Origin: Callorhinchus milii
Taxonomy: Eukaryota
Direction of reading: 5' to 3'
DNA length: 64,000 nt
NCBI RefSeq assembly: GCF_018977255.1
Contig: NW_024704765.1
Coordinates: forward strand, 4,154,001 to 4,218,000
Below, one piece after another: positions 26,631 through 39,665 of this stretch. The notes under the pieces were generated by a model. It was not told the DNA's origin. It did no database searches and saw nothing but the letters and a program-made list of their open reading frames with translations. Each line of letters begins with the position of its first letter. Positions within the stretch are counted from its first letter, which is position 1. Both the position numbers and the translations under genes were made by a program.

Positions 26631-29600
26631 ATTGCGGTTGGTACATCTGCAGGTCTGAATGAGATCAGATCAGGACAAGTTGAGGCCAGGACACAGAGAG
26701 CTTGTAAACAGCCCAGGTTCTGTGACTGTTTCCATGTGAGTGTTTCCTGGAGCCCAGACAGGACAAGCGAGCTGGCCTGGTGTGTGTTATGGGCAGTTAG
26801 TTATCTCAGTGGCTGGAACCTTATCTGGGACAGAAGCCGTTCAACACATCAGTCACTGCCTTTACCTAGAAATCGAACAGGCTTTATAGGAAGCACTGTG
26901 TACACAGTGGGACGAGAGTGTAACCTTGACCACCACATGCTCATCTGGCCATGTTGGGGAGGAGTGGGGGGAGAGAGATTCCCTTCACAGCAGGGGCAGC
27001 AACAAGGAGTATTTCACACCCCCTCCCTCTCTCCCTCCCTCCTTCACACAGACCCTCCCTCAAACACTTTCTCCATCCCTCGCTTGCTGTGTCTGGGCTC
27101 CAGCAAACACTCACAGAAGGAAACATTGATGGTCACAGACCCTGTGTGTTCACCAGCACTGTGCCACGGCACCATGGCCTCAACATGTGACCTATTAAAA
27201 CTTTATCAACCTTCGCTCCCTCCGCGCAGCAGTCTTCAGCCTGCTCCACATTCCCCCACCTGGCCCGTCCCATCATCAGCGGTCGAGCCTTCAGCCTTTC
27301 TGCCCCATCTTTTGGATCTCCATCCCAGAGTTCTTCTGCCTCACTCCCTCCCTTGCCTCCTTCAGGACCTTCCTCTTCGACCGAGCCTTCGGTCACCCTC
27401 CCACCCTCCCTGCCCTCCACTCCTTTCTGATCCCAACCCCCAACTCGGGTGCAAACCCCACATTGTCCAGCGCCTCGGGACATCCTCCCGACGTGAAAGG
27501 CGCTATGCAATTGCAATTTGTTGTTGTTTCTCGCTCACTCTCACGCAGTCTAAGACACTCTAGGTCCTATTTTCAGAGTGACGATTGCTGGAGCTCGAGG
27601 GCTATGCTGGTGGAGTCCTTCACTCGGATTCCTTAAGAAATATCGCAGACTTTGCGGCAAACATGTCAAATGTTAACGTAAAATGTTACGGTTGGAGCTG
27701 TTGAGCACTGAGACTCACACTATGACTGAGGGTGACGTGAGGGAGCCCTGACAGTAAGGCTGCAGTGCTCCCTGGTGGCTACACAGGATGTGACACATCA
27801 GTACAGGAATATATATCACTCGGTAAATCAGTGACAAGTTCAGGATTGTCACTTGGAGCTCTTCCCGCACAGAATGCATTGGCCACACAGCTCGTTGAGA
27901 CTGAAACCAGAACAATATTTACAAGAGAATTTACAAGGCTGTGACGAGGAAAGTGGCAGGGAATGGGGTCAGGGTAGAGAGCTCCAACGGGGGGGAGCGA
28001 GCACCAGCACAGACACGACGGGGAAAGCAGGGAATGGGATTAGAGTAGAAAACTCCAGTGGGGAACCTCTCACTGCCTCCCAGTGTAAGACAAAATCAGA
28101 ACTGACCAATCTTTCTCAGGACATGTGCAGCTCCGGGCAGGAATGTCAGGGTTAACACCCACTCAGCGTTTCAGTGTTATTTTCACTTTGAGCTGAGGCC
28201 AGAATTCAGAGACATTCTCCGCCACAGGCCAACATCACACGTCAAGACTGACAATCAACCAGCAGCGATCAGGTTACCAGCCGCACAGCACAGCCAGTGC
28301 CAAGCAGTTTCCCTGCTCTCACTGATCCAGTAGTCAAGGCAGACAGTGTACAGGGAGTGTTATTCTGGCTCTAATCCTGACCTGCGAGTGTGGACGGACA
28401 GTGTAGAGGGAGCTTTATTCTATACAGTGGTCCAGATTGGTCGCCCCTGAGCAGAGCCGGGCCATGTGAGCGCAGGCCTGACTCACCCACCCACCCACTG
28501 TGTGGGAGGATGGACGCTACCGGAATAGCCCAGAGGTATGGGTTTGGGGTGAGGCAACTGGAGATCTGTAAGATTGGGTTTCACTTAAATAAATACAGAA
28601 TTCATTAACTCTTTGTTGCTCTGTCTCTGTCTCTCTAATCTGCAGCTGCAAATGAAAGGAAATGCACCTCATTTATTGGCTGAACCAAAAAACAAGAGGG
28701 CTTTGTTATTTCTTGCTCTCTCCTGCTTTGTCTCTCACGAGGTAGTCACACACCGCACACATCCCCCACACCCCCTCACCCCCGCAACAGAGCACAATCC
28801 TGACAGTCATGGTTGTCGTGGGGGGAGCTGATGGCTGCTTTTAATAATAATCTTTGCATTTGATATAGCGCCTTATCATATCTTTGAGACATCTCAAAGC
28901 ACTTCACAGAATATACTGTAAAGTGTACTGACCGTATATTTTGTGGGCGAAATGCTGCAGCCAATTGCCTAAGGCATTGTTCTACAACCAGTCGTGGATT
29001 GAGTGACCAAATTATTTTATTTTATGGAGAGATTATTACCTCCAACTGATTAATCAATCTGTAATCCAAGGTCTTTCACTAGCTGGGGGTTGGGGGGGCA
29101 TGCGAGGGGTGGTGGGGGAGCGGGGTGAGGGGAGGGTTGGACACGAAGGGGGTGACAGGATAAGGCCGCAAAAAGCTCCAAACAAGCTTTACGCTGTGCT
29201 CCTCAGCCTTGTAAACAGACATCTGAGAACGGACGTGATCCTGGTCTCTAGTGGGATTGAGAGAATAAACCGCTAGCAAAGAGGTCACAGTGGATCACTG
29301 GTGTACGGTGGCTGAGGAGGGTATGTATGGGACAGACTCCAGGAAGTATTAACTCAGAGGGTACTTAACAGCTGGAAAAGGGTGACCAGGAGGGTGGCTG
29401 AGGCCAGGAAAATGGACTCAACAACAACAACCTGCATTTATATAGCGCCCTTCACGTGGGCTATCATGCCAGACTCCTCCAAGAGGCAGCTCAGCATTAG
29501 AATATGAGGCTGACAGAGCGGGTGATCGGGAAGGATGAGATCAGTCAGGCTGAAGGGTCTTTTCATCTTGTGCCTTATGCATGGAAGAGGAGGGCGGAGG

Positions 29601-29975
29601 GAGGAGGAGGAGGTGAAGGAATGAAGCTGATGATCAAGGAGGATTGAGACGAGACCGAGCGAGCCTGCCTTCACCTCGTACACTCCACGGAAGCGGATGT
29701 AACTCATCATCGGCTGACACTTGGCTAGATCGAGCGCAACACAAGCTGCTCATTATACCAGCAGCAAAGCAGCTTTGCCAAGGTCAGCCAGGGGTGTGCT
29801 ACACAAGCCTCCTTTACCGCATTGGAACTGTGTGCCTCAGTCTCCCTCTGGTAGCCACAGGCTGCCACTGCAGGTTTGCAGTTAAGCCCTTCTATTCGGG
29901 TTTAAACCGGGCTATTTTGGCACCACATGGTGGAGTTTGTGACATTTCTCAGTGTGTTCCTTCTACTAACTAACC

Positions 29976-30435
29976 AACAACAACAACGACAACAAGATTC
30001 CATTTATTGAGCGCCTTTCACGTCGGGAGGACGTCCCAAGGCGCTGTACAGTTGGGTCAGGACCCGAGCATTGGGGGGAAATGGTGAGGGGAGGGAAGGG
30101 AGGGAGCGAGGAGGGGGTAGAGAGTCGAGAAAGGAGCTGAAGGCTGAAGGTCAAAGAGAAAGGGCTTGAGACCGGCCTTGAAGGAGGAAAGGGAGGAAGC
30201 GGCAAAGGCACTGGGGATAGAGTTCCAGAGCCTCGGGGCTGAGAGGCTGAAGGCCCGGCCATCGATGGTAGGGCGTTTGGGGCGGGGGATGTGGAGCAGA
30301 CCGGAGCCAGAGGAATGGAGGGTACGGGCAGGTAAGTAGGGGGATAGTAGGTTGGAGAGGTAGGAGGGAGCGAGGCCGTGAGGATGAGGATCTTGTAGGT
30401 GAGCCTTGTAGGTGAGGATGAGGATCTTGAATTCG
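29976..30435 (-). mobile_element. 5'-truncated L2-clade LINE, near-identical to the 18.1-18.6 kb copy
   Basis: Long identical stretches shared with 18075-18500. Other L2 3' fragments at approximately 714-910, 4396-4700, 7090-7390, 10600-11000, 14050-14190, 20725-21010, 27230-27527, 54770-55005 and 62480-62720. Confidence 0.85.
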
Positions 30436-31094
30436 AAACCAACTAACTAACTCACACGCACACAACGAATGCATTATTAAACACCGCAAAGGTTACCTCA
30501 GCCAGTCTCAGCCCTTTACTCTGTCTCTAACTGACCCAAGGAGTGTGGATAGATACTGCAGAGGGAGCTTTACAATGTCTCTAACCCTGACCTGAGAGTG
30601 TGGACGGACAGCGTGGAAGGAGCTTCACTCTGTCTCTAATCCATGCTGTCACTGACCTCGTAAATCCTGCGACCTTATTGTAAGAGAGAAGGGAGTTTCT
30701 CTCTGTGTCCTGGCTGGCAATTCTCCAGATTAATCAATCAGTCACTTCAGGCTGTTTGTGTGGCATTACTAATGATCCTTACATTTGATACACTGCCTTT
30801 CCCATCAGGAGGATGTCTCAAAGAGCCTGACAGGATTGACTGCGAAGTGTAGTGACTGTGTGTTTTGTAAGCGACTTCGCTGTGCGGCAACTAGCAATCA
30901 GGCTTGCCTGCCAACACACAGTCACTACACTGGACAGCGATTACCAGGGAATTTCCTGCCTGTGAGAGGGACTTTGCGATGTTCCAGTGCAATTGATTAC
31001 TTGGCAGATTGCTGTTGTCAGTACCTGCTCAGCGGGTGTTGGGAGCCGATGCCGTACCTTGTCACACCACACGCTGCACTGTTGCAGCCTCAGC

Positions 31095-31115
31095 CTTGCT
31101 GACGTCAGGTCCAGG

Positions 31116-31149
<34 letters not shown>

Positions 31150-31256
31150 GAGACTGGCTCATGATGAATGAATGAAGGCAGGAATATGAAGGAGCGGGAG
31201 GCGGGCATCTCCAGCCTAATGACAGGGAGCAGGAGGCTGCCTGGCCCCAGGTAATT
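31095..31256 (+). promoter_or_regulatory. Candidate SLC45A1 promoter / 5' non-coding exon
   Basis: Perfect CRE TGACGTCA at 31100-31107, then a GA repeat and a CAG|GTAATT donor at 31250, ~1.1 kb upstream of the acceptor (32356) of the ATG-containing exon. Confidence 0.3.
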
Positions 31257-32392
31257 GCCATACAAGGCTGAGGGTTTGTTGCTGCATTGGGGCGTGCGGT
31301 GGCTGCAGCCTTGCCCTGACTGCGGAGCTGCTTGCTGCAGTGCTGTCTGCTGCGGTGAGGCAGTGCCGGGCTGGGCTGGTCTTCGCAACCAGTGATGGGA
31401 GGGTGGGGGGGCCGGGCTCCAGCTGCCCACCCTGACCGCTCAGTGAAGCCGAAGAGAGACAATGGAACAATGCGGGGTGGGGGGAGAGTTGTGCGGGGGA
31501 GGGGTGTGTGTGCGCGGTGGGGGGAGGGGTGTATGGGGGGTGGGGTGTTTGTGTGGGTGGGGTTGTATGGGGAGGCGTGTAGGGTATTTGTGTAGCGGCC
31601 GGGGGGTGTGTGTGTGTGTGTGTGTGTGTTGGGGAGGGGTGTGGGGCGTGTTGGAGGGAGGGGTTTTGTGTGTGTGTGTGTGGATGGGTGGGTGGGGGCC
31701 GTGGGGGTGGGGGAAGGGGGTTGTGTAGGGAGCGAGGCCTCCGGTTACGAAACTGCAGAGTCAGAGGACAGTCAAAAGCAGCGCTGTGAGTGTCAGCGAA
31801 CGGCACCATGTGTGGCTGCAATTACAGGAGTGGGCGATTAGCTGGGAATCTGAATCTCAGTGAGGCTGGCGAGCTGTGCCGTGTGTAAACCAGCACTTAA
31901 ATGCGGTCTTGGAGCCGAATCTATGTGTGCGTGTCGCTTGTTGTGTGCGACTGAGGGCAGCGAGGAGGGTCCCTGCCTTGTGACTCACTCCCTGTCACTC
32001 ACCCCTCGTTTGATCGCTTTCCAGGGGCTAATAATAATCCCCTCGAAAAAATAATCATCATAATATTAATCATGTTGGTCACTCGATCAACTCCCAACTG
32101 TGGGCGGGGACGCTGCTGTGCGCAATTGGCTGCCACGTTTCGCCCACAAAAGACACAGTCAGTTCACTTTACAACGTATTCTGTGAAGCGGTTCGCGATG
32201 ACTCGAAGACGTGATAAGGCGCTGTAGCAATTGCAAGGGTTAAGTATTATTATTCTTATAAATTCAAGTCAATCTTGGGTTAGACCCAGACCGGGCGAGA
32301 CGAGTAATGTTGTGATTGAACCTGGCCTCGGTGTAACTGGTGCACGTTGCCTGCAGGACGCTGAGCTGAGGGAGTGGACACGAGACGGTGGA

Positions 32393-35300
32393 ATGGCTTC
32401 CCCCAAGCCCAGCACGCCAAGCGATGGCATGTTCCCCACCCCGGTCTCCCAGGAGCCCTGGGGACCCCCGGCCTGCGTCTTCCCCCTAGCCACCACGCGG
32501 CACCTCAGCCACCGGGCCAACAACTACAAGCGACATCCCAAGAGGAGGAAATTCATCCGCCCCTCGCCCCCGCCCCCTCCCAACACCCCCATCCCCCTCG
32601 ACCTCGCCCACTTCCCGGAACCCCCGCCGCGACGCTCCTTCCGGGAGCTGCTCTTCAATGGCTGCATCCTATTCGGGGTGGAGTTCAGCTATGCCATGGA
32701 GACCGCCTACGTCACCCCCGTCCTCCTGCAGATGGGACTCCCCGACCAGCTCTATAGCCTGGTATGGTTCATCAGCCCCATCCTGGGTAAGTGCCGCAAC
32801 ACCCCTCCAGACCTCAGCACATTAGCCCCCCTCCCCCACCCCACACACCCCAATCTCAGCACATTACATCAACCCCCACCCTGCCTTGCCCGCGTGTCAC
32901 CCACATACACATGCTGACATGCCCAGACACACGCTGACTAACACGCACCCCTCCTCGTGACCCCCTGGAGCAGTCACTGAGCTCTGAAGCCAATGGAGCC
33001 TCGCCGTGTGCTGTCCTCTCACACGTGCAACGCTGCGTTACTGTCCTTGTGCTGCCTGCGGTGAGGCACCAATGCATGCTGTGATTGCAGGTTTCTTGCT
33101 GCAGCCCATCCTGGGAGCCTGGAGCGACAGCTGCACCTCGCGCTTCGGCCGTCGCCGACCCTTCATCCTGGTGCTGGGCATCGGTGAGTGAGCGTCAGGC
33201 AGCACCGCGGCTCTGTGTGCGTTTGTGTGTGTGTGTGGGGGGGCAATGAGTGTGTCTATATGGGGGAGTGGCTATGTGTGTAGGGGGGGGCTGTGTTTGT
33301 GTGTGTGGTGGGGGGGGGGCACATAGCTGGGGAGTTAGGAACTCTGAGATCAGTCTCTCTCACACTCTCTCTCTCGCTCCTCTCGGCAGGAGCGCTGATG
33401 GGCTTGTCGCTGGTGCTGAATGGCCGGGATGCGGGGGTGGCTATAGGAGACACGGTGAGCGATCACCGCTGGGGGATGATCCTGACGGTGTGCGGTGTGG
33501 TGCTCATGGACTTCAGCGCAGACTCTGCCGACAACCCCAGCCACGCCTATATGATGGACGTGTGCTGTGCCGAGGACCAGGACAGGGGGCTCAACATCCA
33601 CGCACTCCTCGCAGGTCAGTGTCCGGCCCGGGAACACCAACTGTTCAGAATGTTCAGTCCTGTAGCTCAACAACAACAACAATTTGGATTTATATAGTGC
33701 CCTCCACGCCGGACAGCGTCTCAGAGCGCTTTAGAGTAACGGATCCCGGGCCCGAGCCAGAGGGGGGGAAAGGTGACCGAAGGCGCGGTCGAAAAGAAAG
33801 CTCAGTGGTTAGAGCACTCGCCTCGCAAGCGAGAGGACCTGGGTTCGATTCCCGGGCAAGACGAAACGTTGGGCAAGTTTCCTTACACCACATGCCTCTA
33901 GTTTCCATACTCCACGAGCAGTAAGTAGGAACCCGGTTGTTAGTCGATTGGCAGATCGCTTTTCTTGAAGTAATAATCACTTCAAAAGGAAATAATAATA
34001 ATAATTTGTTCACTCAATCCATAACTGTTTGTGGGACACTGCTGGACACTGCTGTAGGCAATTGGCTGCCGGGTTTCGCCCACAAAATATTCAGTCACTG
34101 CACTTTGTAGCACATGCTGTGAAGCGCTTTGACTGTGAGCTCAGAGTTCTGTCGTGGGGCTCAAACCCACAACTTTCTGAACCGGAGGAAAGAACACAAA
34201 CTAGCTTGTAACTATTGGGACCTATAAGCACACGCATGTGCTCTGAAGGGGGCAGGCGTGTGCGCCGTGTGCAGAGCTGCCGGGCGTGTGACGGAGCATA
34301 TGGTGTGTGTGTGTGTGTTTCAGGTCTGGGCGGTGGCTTTGGCTATGTTGTCGGGGGAATAAACTGGGAGCGGACGAGTTTCGGGCGGAACCTCGGGGGG
34401 CAGCTGCGGGTGGTCTACCTGTTCACTTCGGTGACGCTGGTGGTAGCGACACTCCTGACCCTCACCAGCATCCCCGAGACCCCGCTGCCCCCCGACACTG
34501 GGACCAAGAGGGTGATGAAGAGCCCCAGCCTGGCGTTGCCCCCCTCCCCGCCCACTGGACCCGGCCCGGAAGAAGGAGACCCCGCTACCGACCAGACCCC
34601 CGGCCTCTACACGGGCATGAGCAGCCCCATCTCCCCGCTCAGCCCGCTCACACCCAAGTACGGCAGCCTGCTGAGCCGAGACAACTCGCTGTCGGGCATC
34701 AACGAGTTCGCCTCCTCCTACGGCAGCTCCTACATTGACACGGTGCTGATCGGCTGCTCCACCGGCCGCAATGACGATAGCTGCGTCATCATGAGCTCCA
34801 GCCTGCCCCGCCTGCCCGACTCAGCACAGCACCACGAGGAAGAGGCCAGCGCAGAGCCTGGCAGCCCGGGCGTGGGATCTTTGGACGCCTCCAAACGCAG
34901 AGCCTCGGGAATCCTGAAGCGGCCACAGACCCTCAGCATCCCCAACACTTGCTCCGTCACCGTCACCCACCCTGACCCCGGGCGTAGGAGAACAGTGACT
35001 TTCAGCCAACAGGTAAACCTGTATCGTTAAACTCTAGCCCTGACCCGGGAGTGTGGGTGGTCAGTGTATACGGAGCTTTATTGTGTCTTTAACTCTGACC
35101 TAGGAGTAACTCTGGACGGACAGTGTAGAGTGAGCTTTACTCCGTCACTGTATGAGAGTGGATTTGCTGAATGTGCTCTCTGTGCAGGTAGCAAACATTT
35201 TACTGAACGGGGCAAAATACGAAACGGATCTGAACGAATCGGGGGAATTCTGCGAGCGGCCGTTCTCCACCTCCTTTCTCTGCTCCGCCATCTGCCACAT

Positions 35301-37909
35301 GCCCAAAGCCCTGAGGAAACTGTGCCTCAACCACTTCCTAGGTACCCTGCTGCCCCCTTACTCTGCATGCTTAGAGCCCAGCTGGTGAGTAGTGACTGAC
35401 GTACAAACACAACACCGGGTGAGAGAGGTGGGGGCGGGGGTGGGGGTGGCCTGGCCGGGGGGGGGGGGCTGATAATTGGGTGCTGGACACTCAGCACACT
35501 CAGGATGCCTACAAAACACAGTGAAGCGCTTTGAGACGTCCTCCCATGTTTTATCCGCTGTGATGATTACTGCCCACAAAACATGCAGTCGATCCACTTT
35601 ACAGTAAATTCTGTGAAGCTCATTGAGGCGCTGAATGAGGTGATGAGACACTACATCAGATGCACTGTATCAATCAATCAATTATTATTATTAGAGGGTA
35701 TGTTGAGTCACACCCTTCCTGTCTGATGATGATGCAGGAGACCAGTCACGCTTGTAGTTCCTAAATGCTCCCACCAGCTGGCTCCCCAAGCAGGAAAACA
35801 TTCCTTGTGCAGAAAGGCTGTAAAGAGAAGGGTGAAGTGACTTGTCTCAGCTGATGGTCAGACACAGTTCACACTCTGCCTCTCCCTATCTCACTGCTTT
35901 CTCATTGTGGGGCCTGTGCTTAACCATCTGCCAATTACCGCAGAGAATTGTTGAGTGACAGTGGGATCACGTGGCCTCCAGCCACACGCCGCGGCCATTA
36001 ATAATAATAATAATCCTCGCATTTTTTTACTGCGCCTTATCATGTCTTTGAGATATCTCAAAGCGCTTCACAGGATACACTGTAAAGTGAATTGACTGTG
36101 TATCTTTGTGAGTGAAACGCGTCAGCCAATTGCGCACAGCAATGCCCCACAACCAGTTGTAGATTGAGTGACCAAATTATTATTATTTTATTGAAGGGAT
36201 TATTTACCCGCAGAAAAGCGATCCACTAATCTACTAACAAGCGGGTTCCTACTTCCTGCTAGGTAAATAGAGGCGTGTGGAATAAGGAAACTTGTCCAAT
36301 GTTTCGCCCTGCCTGGGAATCAAAACCAGGTTCTCTCACTTGTGAAGTGAGCGCGCTAACCACTGAGCTACAGGATTCCACAGCGAAGTCCTGATGGTAC
36401 CTGGTCAGGCTCCATCTCCAAGCTTAGGGCCACATCTCTGCCTCTCCTTTACGCAATATACTCACTGACCTCTACTCTCTCCCCAGGGTGGCTGTCCTTT
36501 GAGGGAATGCTGCTGTTTTACACTGACTTTATGGGGGAGGTGGTGTACGGAGGTGATGCTAAGGCTCCCCACGACTCTGAAGCTTTCCACAAGTACAACA
36601 CAGGGGTCAGCATGGGCTGCTGGGGGATGTGCATCTACGCTTTCAGTGCTGCCTTTTACTCAGGTACCATTGCTAACCCAACCTGATGCTCCTGCCATCT
36701 TGCACTGCCACCCAGACAACCATCACTAGCTCTGCAAACCATTGCCACCACAATCCTTCCAACCATTGCAAACCCAACCTTGCTGACCATCCCCAACTCT
36801 GGCAACTACCACCAACCCAACTGTAACCTTCGCCAACCCAACTTTTGCTATTGACAACCCTCCCAATAATCACAAACCCAATCCTAACTATTGACAACAC
36901 CCATCCTGCCAACCATTGCCACCCCCGCCTTCCTGCACTGCCTGACCCAACATTCTGAGTTCTCATCTTTCTGCTCTTTTTACCACAGCGATCCTGGAAA
37001 AGTTAGAGGAGCATTTCAGTATCCGAACTCTCTACTTCTTTGGGTATTTGTCCTTCGGCATCGGAACGGGCATCGCCACTCTCTGCCGCAATGTCTATGT
37101 CCTGCTATCTCTGTGTGTGACCTATGGGGTGCTGTTCTCCTCACTCTGCACTCTGCCTTATTCTCTGCTCTGTGATTACTACCAGAGCAAGCAGGTACGT
37201 ATTGGCACCGGGTCTCAGCGGAACCACTTTGGTTACTCTCCAACCTTTCCTCTCCTAGTCACCCGATGCTCGTCCTCACCACCCTCGGTGGGGGAAGGTG
37301 TCACAGCAAATATAAGGCCCCAACTCAGGGGGTTTGCTGTGTGTGGGGGAAAGGTGTCAAAGCAAGTGTAAGGCCCCAATTCAGGGGGTTTGCTGTGTGT
37401 TGGGGGTGCGGTGGTGGGATGGGCCCTCAGAACACCAGGTGCGTGACTGCCAGATGAAGACAGGATTGTGGCTGTGACGTACATATGAGGAATGGTGGTT
37501 TGTTGGGGAAGGTGACTGTGGAACAATCTCCAGAGCAAGTCAGTGCATAGAAAGGTAATAAGGCAGTTTGTGGTGCTGTCGCCCGTGGGTTCATACTGAC
37601 GTGTTGGATGTTCCTCCGCTAACCCAGCATGTCTTTGTGGTGCAGTTTGCAGGGTCGAGTGCAGATGGGACTAAGCGAGGGATGGGTGTGGACCTGTCGT
37701 TGTTGAGCTGCCAGTACTTCCTGGCACAGATCATCGTCTCCGTAGTGATGGGACCTCTGACCTCGGCCGTGGGCAGTGCCAGTGCGGTCATGTACTTTGC
37801 CAGCCTGACCTCTTTCGTTGGCTGCTTCTATTCCTCGCTCTTTGTGATCTACGAGATCCCCCCGGAGGACACAGGGGAGGAGGATCAGCCCCTTCTCATG
37901 AACGTCTGA
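32393..37909 (+). CDS. SLC45A1: Proton-associated sugar transporter A (solute carrier 45 member 1), 8 coding exons, 733 aa
   Basis: Exons 32393-32786, 33091-33183, 33390-33614, 34324-35012, 35188-35341, 36487-36663, 36989-37194, 37646-37909; 2202 nt, phases consistent, GT-AG. Diagnostic [127 protein letters not shown]. Confidence 0.96.
33799..34130 (+). mobile_element. tRNA-derived SINE adjoining an L2 3' fragment in SLC45A1 intron
   Basis: agctcagtggttagagc..gggttcgattccc (A and B boxes) followed by the family body; preceded by an antisense L2 tail at 33668-33795. Confidence 0.8.
36000..36380 (-). mobile_element. Full-length tRNA-derived SINE in SLC45A1 intron
   Basis: Head (gtagctcagtggttagcgcg), body and (ATT)n tail match the family consensus seen across the window. 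Confidence 0.85.
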
Positions 37910-39043
37910 CACCCCACCTCCAGCTCAGCTCCCACCCCCATATCAATTCTTCAATCCTTCGCCCTCAAACCCCTGGGACACGGGGGCTACAGCATACGAC
38001 CTCTGCTAGAAGGGAACGTCCTGAGTTCACGCCAGGTTTGTCACCTGTTCCCAGGACCGATTGGCCATCACACACTGTCCACGTGGCACATGGTCCTCCA
38101 GACAAGAGCTGCTCTCAGTCCAGGCCTCTATACAGACTGAGACACAGAGTGTCCCCCAACCCCGGGCCAGTATTGAGGACACAATGTCTCTTATTTCTGC
38201 TGTTTTCCCCCCCCCGCACCTTATCATACAGGATCACTTTAAAAGCTTCACATGCACCCTCTCTTCCCCCTACCCCACCCCTCGCCGATATCACCTGCTC
38301 AGCCACACCGTCCGCAGTGGCCCTCGGCAAGTTAGTGAGGAGGGGAATCAGCCGGGGGTCCTGCTCCTTATCGCCCCCCCCCCCCCCCCCCCCCGAACGT
38401 AGATCTGATGGAGATTTCTGGCTGCCCCCCCCCCTTTAATCCAAGGTATAAGGTCGAATGTGGCCCTCTGCTGGTGAGGGAGGCCAGTCCCTCGGTTTGT
38501 GTTGCTGGGAGTGAGTGTTTGTATTACCTGTCACTCTCCCAGTGCAGACACCAACACACAGCAAACCTCACACCTCTCTCAGAAGCCTCCAGTTCAGGAA
38601 AACATCAGTTTTAATTTTTTTTAAAACAAATTATATTTTAGTAACATTTGTGCTTAATACGCTGAGCCGGATGGACATTTATTGAGGTCACGAAAGCAAA
38701 GAGATCTTTCCACTTTATAGTGGAAGACCCTAACTGTACAGATTAAAGCTCCCTCGACACTGTCCGTCCACACTCCCAGGTCAGGGTTAGAGACAGAGTA
38801 AAGCTCCACACACTCCCAGGTCAGCCACAGAATGACCTTTTGGAGTCATAGAGTAACGCTCCTCACTGTTGCAGAGGCTATTTATAACTAGCAACAAATA
38901 CAATGCAAAAGCTTTTCACTTTAGCTGAACCCTCACTGTCAAGCGACAAAAGGCAAAAAAGGGAGTGAGATGTATATAAATGTAGTGAGTATTACACTCC
39001 TGTTGACGCAGCAGGATTTTGGGCAAGTGAAGGAATGAAACTC

Positions 39044-39095
39044 ATTAAATAAAATTAACATTTGGAAAACTCCCTTTTATGTTTGTTTTTTTATT
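39044..39095 (+). terminator. Probable SLC45A1 polyadenylation signal
   Basis: Overlapping ATTAAA/AATAAA at 39044-39053, followed by a U/GU-rich tract (ttttatgtttgtttttt) ~25 nt downstream. Confidence 0.5.
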
Positions 39096-39257
39096 GCATT
39101 TCTCCAAGGAACGTTCTGTTACTGCAGTTCTGGGTCGTGTGGCTACAATAACACTGAACGTGTTTTCTCAGCCCCCAGCCCCTCCAACGCTGTGTGGATG
39201 CGTGTGCAGTTGCTGGGAGGGGGGGAATGGGAGGGACTGGGTCAATAGCATCTCATC

Positions 39258-39665
39258 TGGAGTCCTGTAATATAATATAATAATAATAATCCTTGCATTT
39301 GATATAGCGCTTTTCACGTCGGGAGGACGTCCCAAACCGCTACAGGACTCCAGTGGTTAGAGCACTCGTTTTGCAAGTGAGAGACCTGAGTTCAATTCCA
39401 GGCAGAGGGCGAAACCTTGGGCAAGTTTCCTTACTCCACACAGAGCCTAATAATAATCCCTCCAAAACCAAAAACAATAATAAATTGGTCATTTTCAATC
39501 TACGACTGTTTGTGGGACATTGCTGTGCGCAATTGGCTGCCGCGTTCAGCCACAAATATACAGTCAATTCACTTTACAGTCCGTTCTGTGAAGCGCTTTG
39601 GGACGTCCTCCTGACGTGAAAAGCGCTACATCAAATGCGAGGATTATTATTATTGTTATTATTAT
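39258..39665 (+). mobile_element. tRNA-derived SINE with an inverted mini-SINE inserted in its head
   Basis: SINE head 39258-39269, inverted tail plus head 39281-39352, SINE body 39353-39652. See findings. Confidence 0.8.

Noticed and set aside
26595-27563. 322-aa ORF
   Set aside because: Starts in the G-rich repeat and ends in an L2 fragment; no domain or exon signals.
33799-33860. tRNA-like sequences with A and B boxes (also at 52180, 52905, 58900)
   Set aside because: They continue directly into the SINE body, so they are SINE heads rather than tRNA genes.
37310-37405. ~57-bp-period local duplication in SLC45A1 last intron
   Set aside because: An ordinary two-copy tandem duplication with no coding or structural signal.
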